A stretch of 64,000 nucleotides of DNA from the human T2T-CHM13v2.0 reference genome, Homo sapiens, in NCBI RefSeq assembly GCF_009914755.1, contig NC_060930.1; one strand, given 5' to 3'. Shown here in pieces: positions 45,666 to 58,844 of this stretch. How positions within the stretch are numbered: the stretch's first letter is position 1; each line of letters begins with the position of its first letter. The translations under genes were made by a program, and so were the position numbers. The notes beneath the pieces are model-generated. The model did no database searches and was not told the origin of the DNA. It worked only from the letters and a program-made list of their open reading frames with translations.

Positions 45666-48019
45666 TTTTACTTGCTGACTAAAGGCTTTCTTGCACCCAT
45701 GAGCTGGGATATTTCATGAGGTTACCATGATGTGAACCTGATTGCATTCGCTCCACCTGTCTGTAGAGGGAATGAAATCAGTGACCTAAAGGAACCAGCC
45801 ATGGAAGTCCATGGTAAAAGGATCAAATTGGTCAAGGAGAGACATGATCAAAACTTATGTGAAGGAGTAGAAAGAAAATTGCACTCCCTCTGATGGGCAT
45901 GCACCCCTACACTAGGTAGTGTGGATTTAAGCTCTGATTGGCAACCCTGGCTGGACATCATCTGACTGGTTGTGAAGTCCACAGCCACATGTAGCAGCCC
46001 AGAGATAGGAAGCCTATTTCCCCACCTTCTTCCCCTCCCACTATAACTTCCCCCAACCCTCACTGGGAGAGAAATGCCTGCCTCTGTAGAAAAATTGGAA
46101 AGAACAATACAACAAAAAAGAAAGTTGTCCATAACTACATCACCTAAGGATAACCACTGATAACAGTTTAATAGATTTTCTTAAATGTCTTTTTCTATAC
46201 ACATATATTTTTATAAATTAATATAAAATTTTATTCACGACTTTGTTGCCTGCTTGATTTTTTTTTACTCAAAACCATATGAAGAATATTTTCTAATGCC
46301 AGTATATGTTCTTCAAATTAAAATGTTACATATACTTCCATTATATGGCTGTAGCATAATTCATTTAGCAGTTTTCCTATTGTTTAATAACACTTGGGCT
46401 GTTTCCAGGGTTTTCTTTGAGATTATAAAGTATATTGGACTATAACCCTTTGTTGAGTATGGTTTCTATGTTCTCAGGATACTGTGATTAGATATTTTCT
46501 CTCTTTTTAAGTAGATTGAACAAAATTTATGTTTCTATCTTTTTAAAAAATTCATTACTTTTCCTGTAGTAACTGCTACAGGTTTACATATTGTAAGGGA
46601 ATCCATGTTTTAAACTAAGTGCATTTTTGTGTGTGCAAAGCTTATACATGAACAGAATGTCTGGCAACAACATGTTTGTCTAGCGGAGAGGTGGTGCAGC
46701 TGGGATGTCCAGCACATAGGAGGATGTGAGGACTTTCTATGAGCTGTGAAGGCATGGATAGTTTAAAGAAGTCAATTTCCTGGCCCCCAACTTCTATAAG
46801 TCTCCTTTCTTAAAACTGATTTGCTTCAAAACTGACGTTGCCACGTCTCCTTTTCCACCGCACCTTTAACTGTCACTCTGCTCCTACTTGTCAGAGAAAA
46901 CCACACCTGTTACCCACCTGTGTCTTACAGTAGTGTGTTGTCCTGGGGTACAGAGATCTTGTTCCACCCACAAAGAACTATGAACATACTAGTGTCCATA
47001 CTGGTAAAGGGAGTGATTATAAGGACCGGGAAACATATCATTTTTCAAGTTATGTAGTTTTAACTTCTTGGCTTTCAGCAATATTGAAGGAGCTATAAGA
47101 TGATAGATGAAAATATGTTTTTGATGATGTCTCCTTCATTCCCTTATTATTTATGTAAACAAGGTGTCTTACTGCTTACAACTATAAAGGTAAAAAAGAA
47201 TTGATATGGAATTGGTGCTAAATTCTACCTTATTATATAGCAACAGAAAATACTTCTTCATAGGCATATGAACTAACTGGGAGAAATATAAACAAACTCC
47301 ATTTCTGTAGAAATGTATTTTTAATAAAAGTGTATTTTCCATGCTAACCATATTGACATTTTGATAAATAATTATTAATGTTCTTTGGACCAATTTTGTG
47401 CATTAGTAATGATTGCTTACAATTGAACATTTTAAAGCCTTATGGTTACAGGAAATATTTTAAAAATTACTTTAAACATACTTTATCTTAACAGAGAAGT
47501 ATAGTAGGGAGGTTAATAAAAGCCTTTCTAGCATTAAAATATATTGGAGAAAAATGTTTGGGGAAAATGGAATGGAAATACAATAAGTTCAAGGAGAAAA
47601 ATAACAATACAGCATTATTTTACTGTTAAAGAAGAGTTCACCTTTTTTTTTGATGGATGAAGGTGTTTTTCAACTTGCTGTCGTATTCACAAGATACATT
47701 TCAAAAGTGATATGTTTTAATTAAAAATTTTAATAATTCAAGTATTCCAGAATTACAGCCTTCACAATTAAAATTATGATGAAAAAATTTGAATGCTAAC
47801 TTAAAGTACGAGAAAAACAGAATCTTAACATTTTCTTAGTGACTACATAAGTAAAAGAGTTTGATAAACTCTGCTCTAAAGGTTGTTTCCTCATCCAAAG
47901 TGTTGTTTAACTTAGCAGTGAGGTTTTCTGTGGTTCTGGGTTTGTGATAAAAGGTATGTGGTTCAGTGTGAGGAGCAACAGAAGAGGTTTCTGCTCCACT
48001 GGCTGGGAATGTTTAAAAT

Positions 48020-48104
48020 TGTTGGGCGCATACATATATTTAGAATTGTTATAGTCTCTTGCTTAATTGATCCCTTTATCATTATATAATGACCTTCTTT
48101 GTCT
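48020..48104 (-). mobile_element. Isolated ~85-bp L1 endonuclease-region fragment, near-identical to 50423-50504
   Basis: 59/61 identity between 48044-48104 and 50444-50504. Confidence 0.85.
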
Positions 48105-48959
48105 AGTGTTCATGTGTATGTGTGTGGCTAGAAGAGCTGGAGAGAATATGGTTTCAATGTGTCCAAGGACATATTTTTGGTTCTCCTTTTACTCATTTGG
48201 CTTTATTTTATTCAACGATCTTTTGCTTTACCCCAGAGCCAGCTACCTATCTTGTGCACCTACAGGAGCTGTTCACAACATTGGTGGGAGGGGTGCCAGA
48301 TGAGAGACTATGGATGAATATACGCATATGTACATGTCTTTACATATTTTCACCATTATTAGAAATTCAACTCAGAGTATTTCCCCTAATGACAAAGATT
48401 ATCCTAATGTACAAAGATACATCATCTTACTATTCAAAAGAATGGACATTATTATGTTTCAGATGCACAATGAGATCTATCAAGCATTCTTGTACAGAGA
48501 ATTGAACCATATGAATGAGACACAGCAGATGTGAGCCTTGCATTCAAAGGTGTTTTTTTAAAAACAATTTGGAAGGAAGAGAATGAAGATATACAAAACA
48601 GAAAACATTGTGATGTGGTAGCAAATGTAAATTTATTATAGACTTTTATACATTTAAGGAGGTTTCAGTTTGTGATTCACAATAGTGGGGAACTTCTCAA
48701 AGCCTCTTCTAAGATACAAGAAGAAGCCATAATTAGAGCAGAAAAGAGATTGAATCAATACTAGTCTGATTTACTATTCCATGTTATCATTAGGGAAATG
48801 ATATAAAGAGGAGACATACAGTAATGGGCTTTTCCCCCTGTGTTGTAAATCAGTCCTTCTTTAATCCTTTGATTCCTCTTCCAGGCACTTTAAACCAGGA
48901 GAGCATTTACTCTGTTAAATCATTATGTTTAACATGGCATCCTTCTATTTGAGCATCTG

Positions 48960-48961
<2 letters not shown>

Positions 48962-49001
<40 letters not shown>
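48962..49001 (+). repeat. Pure A40 tract
   Basis: 40 uninterrupted A's with no adjacent Alu or L1 body. Confidence 0.97.
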
Positions 49002-49004
<3 letters not shown>

Positions 49005-50663
49005 AGGCACTGTAAATATTTGTCTGCTCATTGAGGAGAATTTGGATATGTTATTTTTTCTTCCATTATGCTTACATTTAATATATGGGAAAGAAACCAA
49101 GTTTATAAACTATCTCTTGCATTCTTCTGATTTTGAATTCAGATTTAGTTTTCATTTCTGTTACATAATCACCTCCAGGTGATTATTTGCAGATTTTTAA
49201 AATTGTTTGTTTTGGAAAGGGCTACAGGGATCATTCATAATCTTGAATACCTTTGCTCTGCTTTTTCCTATTTTTTTCTTTTGCCACTGATTTGTTAATT
49301 TCATGTTAAATATAGTCCCATTCTCATAATTACTAATATTGTTTTGGTCAGTTGTGTACGTTAGTAGTGGTAGCTTAAATCAGAAGAACCCTTGAAGAGC
49401 CTGTGTTGAAATTGAATCCTTGAGAGACCTATGTTGTATTATTTTTCCTTTTGCCATTGATTGCTCTAAGGACTTTTGAATGATTTAAGTGACTGGTGAC
49501 TGGATTCAGTTATGCATAAAGCATTCTAAGAGAGATATTGATGATCAAACATATTAGATGGAATTAAGGAGGTCAAGAGACATTACTTATTTGTGCTCAA
49601 GGCTCTGTCACTGATGAAATGCTCACTCTTATTGTTGATGTGGTGAGCAACAAGGGTAGGAATTAATGCAGAGCCTATTGATATTCAATGCCAGGGAGGG
49701 AGGCAGGTCCAGGGAATATGTACTATGGAATATTTCATGACTTTATTAGTGGCTAGTCATGTGAAAATCTTTCCACCTTCCTGCCCTTAGTCTTGCTTTT
49801 GATTTGGGGGTGAGTTTTAAGGGTCCTTATCTTCCTCCATGAGGAGACTGCACCCTTGCTATCTTTGCTTCTCTTTTCCCTTTTCTTAAACTTCAAGGTC
49901 TCCTTACATGCATCTTTGCAGGGTTGAATAAATCTATGAATTAGTGGGCTACTCAGGTATCCCTACACCGAAGAAGCCATCGATAGCTCAGGTTATGTCT
50001 TAGATTAGAATCATCCTCCCCATGTCCTTTTTGCTTCATAAGCAAAAGCCAACTCAGGATGTTCCCTAATAGTGACAGATTTGGTGAAAAATATGACCAA
50101 GTACAGTTGCCACTGATAGTCACTGATTCCATCATAGCTATCCACTGGTTTTTCAACCAAGTAATATCATAAGACTTGGAGGCTACCGATCAAGAACAAT
50201 TAGAATATTCTGCAGTTGTTGAGTAGAATATTGTGTAAATGTCTGTTAGGTCCATTTGGCTTAAAGTCCAACTTAAGTCCAATGTCTCTTTGTTGATTTT
50301 CTGTCCTGACAACGTGTCTAATGCTGTGAGTGGGATGTTGAAGTCCCCTACTATTATTGTATTGGTGTCTATCTCTTTCTTTAGGTCCAGTAATATTTGT
50401 TTTATGAATCTGGGTGCTCCAGTGTTGGGTACATATATATTAAAATTGTTATAGTCTCTTGTTGAATTGATCCCTTTATCATTATATAATGACCTTCTTT
50501 GTCTTTATTGTTTTTGATTTAAAGTCTGTTTTATCTGACATAAGTATAGTGATTCCTGCTTACTTTTGATTTCCGTTTGCATGGAATATCTTTTCCCACC
50601 TCTGTACTTTCAGTCTACACATGTCTCTACAAGTAAAGTGAGTTTCTTATAAGCAGCGTATAG

Positions 50664-50976
<313 letters not shown>

Positions 50977-51504
50977 TAGTTGGATCTTTTTTAAATCCTT
51001 TATGACAATCTATATATTTTAAGTGGAGCATTTAATGCATTTACATTCAAGGTTAATATTGGTATGTGAGGTTTTGTTCCTGTCACGTTGTCATTTAGAT
51101 TCTTTGTTTTTTTCTTTTTCTCTGTCTCTGTGGTTTGGTGGAATTCTCTCTTGTTGCCATTCATTCCTTTCTCTTCTCTTAATCCTTTGATTGCTTTATA
51201 AGACCTGTGAGCTTTTGTGTTTTCATAATGGTGAATATCAGCCTTTTATTTCCATGTTTAAGACTCCTTTGAGCATTGCTGGTAGGCCAGTCTAGGGATG
51301 ATAAATTCTCTTAGCATTTGCTTGTCTGGGAAAGAATTTATTTCTCCTTCATTTATGAAGCTTATTCTTTCTGGATATAAAATTCTTGGTCGACATTTTC
51401 TTTTCTTTGTTTTTCAGCATTTTGAAAATGTCATTCAATTTTCTTCTATCTAAGAGGTTTCTGCTGAGAAATCCACTGTTAGTCTAATGGGGTTTTCTTT
51501 ATAG

Positions 51505-51912
<408 letters not shown>

Positions 51913-54290
51913 TCACTTTTACTTTAGACAGTCTAATTATAATATGCTGCAGTGAAGTCCTTTTTGCAATGCATTTTTCTGGGAATTGCTGGGCCTCCTG
52001 TATCTGGAGGATCTGTCCAAATTTCTTGCCAGACTTGGGAAATTTTCATCAATTATTTCCTTAAAGAGATGTTTGGTCTTTCTCTTCCCTCAGGAATACT
52101 GATAATTTGTAAGTTTGATTGCTTTATATAGTCCCAAATATCTCAAAGGCTTTGTTCATTCTTTTTTCCTTATATTTTGCCTCACTGTATTATTTCAAAA
52201 GACCTGCCTTCAAGTTCTGAGATTCCTTCTTCTGCTTGGTCTAGTCTATTACTGAAGCTTTTGAATATATTTTGTAATTCCTTCAATGAATTTTTCAGTT
52301 CCAGAATATTTTTAAGATGTCTATCTCCTTGGTAAATTTTTCATTCATATCATGAATTGATTTTCTGATTTCCTTATATTCGTTTTCAGATTTTTCTTGC
52401 ATCTCATTGAGCGTGTTTAAAATAAATATTTTGAATTTTTTATCTGACATTTCAAGGATATCTTTTTGGTTAGGATTTATTGGCGGAGAATTACTGTGTT
52501 CTTTTGAGGGTGTCACATTACCTTACTTTTGTATGCTTCCTTTATCTTTGTGTTGATTTAAATGCATTTGGAGCAAGGGTAGCTTCCTCTTTCTGAATTT
52601 GTTTTTGTTGGGCAGGGGGACTTTTTCTCTCGAAGATGTGACTATGATGTTGGTCGGCTAGGGTTTTACTGAAGGCATTCCCTAATCCTCACCATTCTTA
52701 TGTCCTAGGCCATCTCATATAATGAAATATAGCATACTTGTCATGGCTCCTCTTCCTTCCACATGCCAAAGCCAAGACCAAAACCACAGGTCTAGAGGTG
52801 TTTGAATAAGTAGCCCGATAGCTCCCCTGCATGTTGAGCACTAAAATGTTAGGGGAACATGTTCTGGGCTGCTCTCTTCATCAAAATTGCCCAGTGTGTG
52901 TCTTATAACATGCAGCCTTTCTCACTTCCTTATCCTACTTATCCTTGAAGACTGTGCTGAGATGTCCTGAAGTCCTTCCTTAATTTCCTAGGTAGAAATT
53001 ATATTTCTCTCCCTTGTGTCCTCACCGTTCTTCTTACATAATCCTGTCGTGAAGCTCATCAACCACGTTGGCAGTTGTTTGCAGGTTCTATTCTCAGACC
53101 CTAGCCTCAAGGAGCTCATCTAGACAAATTACTCATCTTTGTATCTCTTATGTCAGTGCCTTATAAATGTTTGTGGGATGAAACTGCTTCTCCAGCTTTA
53201 CATCACATGTCCCAGAAAGCCACTGCCTTCATCTCCTAGATTCTTAGAAAATGCAGTATTTGAAAGAATCTGTGCCAAAATGGAATCTCAGCTTTGGCAA
53301 TAGGACTTCTAATATCTTACTGACTGAGAAGGTCGGTCTAAAGAGTATACCCAGAAGCCCAACACTCAATTCATTGACCTCAGCTAGTGTAGACTTAAAT
53401 CCTGTGCCCTCTACTCAACTAAAGCCCTGCCCCACCTAATGTATATTAGATAAGGGGTGGGGGATGGTGGTGGTAGTAATCAGGACTCTGACCAATATTC
53501 TATGCCAAAGGATGCTAAAGATACAAAGTTTTCAGTTCTCAGTAGATTTCCATGAAAAGTCCTTGGCCACCCTGGAAGAGGCATACTGCCTGTCCTACCT
53601 CCACCTCCAACATGAATTTGACTTGGAGTATTTATGTTCTAAAGGACTGAAGAACCTCCACTCCTATCCTGTCCCAATTCAGGATTGTCTCTTTCTTCCT
53701 TCCAGGTCACTTGCAACAGTACTGGTCCAGATGAAATAAAACTGTCAAGGGAATCCTGGAGCTATTTTGTCAAAAGGCAGCCATTGGCAGCAAACCTCTT
53801 GTTGGCATTACTCAGTGCCCCTTTGGGAACAATCCCAGTGATTACCCTAGCCATAACCCAGCCATTTTGCTTACCTGCTCCATGATTTTTCAGAGCCAAC
53901 CTCAGCCTAATTGCTTTCTCTTGCCAGTTGTACTTTCCAAAAAGATTCTAACAGCTTTTTTTTTTCCCATTTGTCTTTGTATGTGTCCCACCACCTCTCC
54001 TCCCTAGCTGACCCTCTGCCTGGCCCTTTGCTTCATTTTGCCTGCCTTGTCCAGACACTTCATTCAGTCTAGATAATGACATATTCCTCCTCGTCTTGAC
54101 GTGGGGACCTACTGATTTTTCATGCAGGGTGTGAGCACATTCATCAGTGTTTATACTTGGAGAGAACCATCCATAACAGCTTCCCATTTCTCATATGGTT
54201 TTACTTTAATTGCCTTTATGCTGCATTGATCTATTTTAGTGCTTTAATTCTGTGCTATGAACCCTGGAGCGACTTCTGCAAGATATGCAA

Positions 54291-54603
54291 GTTTTTTTGG
54301 TTGTTTTGTTTGTTTTGTTTTTTAGAGACAGTCTCACTCTGTTGTTCAGGCTGGAGTGCAGGAGCACAATCATAGCTCATTGCACACTCAAACTCCTGGA
54401 TTCAAGCAACCCTCCTGCCTCAGCCTCCCAAGTAGCTAGGACTACAGGTGTATGGCACCATGCCCAGTTAATTTTTTTAAAATTTTTTGTAGAGATGGAG
54501 TTTTGCTATGTTGCCCATGCTGATCTCAAATTCCTGGCTTCAAGCGATCCTCCCACCTTAGCCTCCCAAAGTGTTGGAGTTACAGGTGTGAACCACCAAT
54601 GCC
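54291..54603 (-). mobile_element. AluJ
   Basis: Diverged antisense Alu dimer. Confidence 0.88.
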
Positions 54604-55830
54604 TATCAGTTTTTTGGCTTTAATTTGAAGAAAGAAACATATCTGCATCAACTGGGAAGAACTTTGTATGATTTAACATGATGAGGACAGCAAATACCCC
54701 AATAGCTGTTTTTGGCACACAGTTTGATTCTCATCAGTATTTTTCCTGCCTTTCTTATGTCATGGAGAAGTGTTGGACTCCCCTTGCTACCTCCCACTGC
54801 CATGGAGGAAGCAAAGGATGCTGGTGTAGAATTTGCAGTTCATGTTTTCAGCTTGTGCTAATGAATGGAGGATCTGAGCATACATGCTGGACAGGTACTT
54901 CACATTATTCTAGGTAGATTACAAACATCTGTGCTTCTCTTGGATGTAAACTCATCTCGAGTCTCCTTTTCTTGCCTTCTTCCTTTTCTCCCTACTATAG
55001 CTGACTTCTCTTTGCAGAGTCATACAAATGTAACTGAGTTTTGGCCCTGTTGAGTCAAACTCTGTTGAGTTTTGCTGGTTACCATAAAAAAAAAGGCGGG
55101 CAGGTTGGGGGAGCTTTAAGACACTTTGGTTAGTCCAAGCCTGGCTCATTTTCAGATTTAGCGAATTCTTTATCCCAGCAAGCTGTGAAAGGCAATGTGG
55201 GGAAGACATTGTCAGCCTTTCTGGGCTCAGTGGGAACCTTGTAAGTGAGCAAGGGCTTGTTCTAGAGGAGAACTGAACTTTTCTAGCTTCCTGAGATCAG
55301 GCTTGCCATAAACAGGTGACCAGAAAAATCTGTTTGCAAGGAGAGAGTGGCACATGGACTAGCGTTTAGCAGTGGAGGTTGCTGAAATCTGTGTTAGAAA
55401 TCAAGGTGCTCTGAAGATCTAGTTTCTCTTTTTCCTTTCCCTGCTGCCATAGAAGACAAAGAATATTCTTGTCTCCTTTTAACATAGTATAAGTGATAAT
55501 ACCATTCTATTTCCTAACTTACAACCAGCTGCGTCTGTGGGCTATCTGCCAGTTGTAAGCCAGTCCTAATGGTTTCCATGTTCTATTCCCATTAATAAGG
55601 AAGACCTACAATTAGCTCTCCATTACAAGGCCTGTCCTTGTTAATAGCTCTGACCTAAAAGCACTTTTTAAGTGATGCAGTCATCACTTAAAGAAGTCAC
55701 CACTTAAAAAATGAGTGCATAAGTCACCCAAGTTAGTGTGTAGGGGATGTTGACTTGAGTGATATTTTAGGATGTGCACGAATTATTAATCTTCAGAAAC
55801 AAGCCATGGCCACTCATCCTCTCTTTATGA

Positions 55831-56332
<502 letters not shown>

Positions 56333-58537
56333 TAGTCCCAAATTTCCTGCTTTCGTTTCAAACTGTGCCTCTGAGAAATTGTTTATATTGATGGATTTTA
56401 AAAATGGATCCCAAATGATGGATAGGGACCCGAGCTCATCAATTTAGTGATGTCAGTAGCTCCATAGAGTTATTTACATCTTTCTTTTTCACCCTGTAGG
56501 ACTTTTCTTCTGGGAGAAGGGTGGGTGCAGACTAGAATCATGTGTTGTTTTCTTGGAAACCTTTGTTTCCAAGTGCTGGTCCCACTTAATCTTGACAGCA
56601 CTCCTGTGTGAGACAGTGGACACACTGAGGTTGGAGGGGCTATGTAGCTGGCCAAGCTCCTTGAGCCAGTCCAGGGCAGAGCCAGGGCTGCTGGACTCCA
56701 AAAATCACCTTCCTAACTCACTATGGGGTATTAGCTCTCCAATTATTTGACTTAATACAGAAGATTTTTTATTATTATTTGCAATTTATGGGAAGAGCTG
56801 AGATATATACAATTAAATTTTGTGCAGTAAATCACTTGATGAAGCACCATTGTTGAAAAAACCTCCTAGAAAACCTGCTATATTTCGCCATTGCCCACTC
56901 ACAAGTGCAACTTACCAATAAAGGATTATGGATTAGACCACCTTGTATCAAAACAGCTTCAAATGCAATTTCCAAGGAGCCAGTGCTTTTAAAAGACAGT
57001 TGTCCTATATTCAGACTGAGGGGAGTGTCATGAATTATTAGAGCTATTAAGATTAGCACGTATACCTAGCTTTGCCAGGAAATGACTTAAATTGACTTTA
57101 CCTCTCTCTAAGGAAGAAGGAAACTTTAAGATAAAAGAGACTCTAGTCTGGAATTGATGTGAATACCCACTGGGGAAACCTGAGTAATTATGTAATTAAA
57201 TAACTAACTCTTACCTCTCCACCTTCTGCTAACTTGACCAAGGGAAGAGGCTAGGTAACAATTGATATGGTTTTTTAATGAGGGTTAAGGTGAGCAAAAC
57301 TGAAGAATTACTGAGAGAAGATTTAGGATAGGGCTCATTTTTAGGCCTAAAGGAATCCTTCTAGAATATTTTAAGTGAGAGCAGACCTATGCTAATTTTC
57401 AGTTTAATGAACTCCAGAGAGAATTGTTCTATGTAAAATAATGGGTTTTTTTTCCTGAAACTATAACTGCCCCATGGTGTGCTTTATTTTATAAATCCTA
57501 TTTTGTTTTTCTGTATTTACCAGCTGGGAGAAAAACCTTCAAAAACAAAAGGGGTTTTGTAAGCTTATTTCAGAGGCTGTTGGTAGGACAGAAGCCAGGA
57601 ATCTGGGTCCAGCTGTGCTTGGGGGTTGGGAGAAGGAGAGATCCCGTGACTGGGAAGGGCAGAGGGAGAGGGCTGAACACAGAGGACACCCAGGACTGAG
57701 CAGGTGGGAGGGCTGCTGGATTTACCCCCAACTCTGAAATAAAGCTGTATGTGGAAGACAAGGCCAGCAACACGACCTTTGCTGAAAATGGGGAGGGTAG
57801 CATTCATGCATTTCAGAGGTAGTAAAAATAAAGATGTAATTTAAAGTCAACAGGAGGATTTGATTAAGAAAGAAAACAATTGTTAAAGGTGTGCATGCCC
57901 AGGCATTCAGTACAGAGGATGTTTTTATGAATGTTTGCTTGAGATGATTGCCTCGCTGTGTTCAGTTCTACATGTTAACGTCTGTATCGGAGGGGTCTGG
58001 AGAGAGTGATGCAGAGTGGGAAGACAGGGTGGGGACTGGGCTCATGTGGATCAGGCAGTTGGGAAGGGGGAGCAGGTGGCCTGGGTTTGGAGTCAGAGCC
58101 AAACACACAGCATGGTGCATGCCGGAAATGCAATGAGGAACAGGACACAAGCTCTCTTCTCTCAAAGAGCTTGTCATTTGCTGAAGGGAAAGCAAATAGA
58201 TCATCATAATACAGATGCAAGTCCTGGTTCTCCTACATATGCCTTTTGGGACCTCGAGCTGGTCATTTTGCCTGTCAGTTTCCGTAAATGGAGATGGAAA
58301 CGGGAAGGTAGGGAGGTGCCTCTGTTTCCCCAGTGTGACAGGTCTGAAGAGATCCCATTGCAGGCCACAGAAGTGGCCTCAACCTCCCCTGTGAGTGCTC
58401 AGCATGTGTCCACGCTGGGTCTGTCCAGAGGAGGGCATTGCCCCTTTGTATCTCCCCCATATTGGGGCAGAAGGGCAGCTTCCACCCACAGGGCTCGCTC
58501 TCAGAACCCTCTGTGCGTTACTGATGTGGACTGAGGC

Positions 58538-58740
58538 AGCACTTCTCAAACTCTTTGGTCTCAAGACCCTGTACATTTTTAAAAATTATCCCACATAGCT
58601 TCTATTTAAAATTTGGATTGTATCTATTTACCATATTAGAAACTAAAACAAAATTTTTAAAATTATTCATTAAAAATAATAGCAAACCCATTTGATGTTA
58701 ATATAAATGATATACTTTTAATGAAAAATAACTACTTTTA
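58538..58740 (+). mobile_element. hAT Charlie1-type terminal fragment
   Basis: cagcacttctcaaactctttggtctcaagaccctgtacatttttaaaaattat...tttaccatattagaaactaaaac resembles the Charlie1 end. Confidence 0.65.
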
Positions 58741-58807
58741 TTATACTTCTACCATCCTCATAGCTGTGGAATTAATATTCCCCCAAACAATGTAGTCCTT
58801 ACTGGGT

Positions 58808-58844
58808 TCTTATGAAGATTACATAAGATGTAATCTTCATAAGA
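58808..58844. repeat. Perfect 17-bp inverted repeat with 3-nt spacer
   Basis: TCTTATGAAGATTACAT-aag-ATGTAATCTTCATAAGA. Confidence 0.95.

Noticed and set aside
58016-58534. 172-aa + strand ORF in intron 2
   Set aside because: Non-ATG start, no recognisable domain, and not part of the BIG3 sequence.
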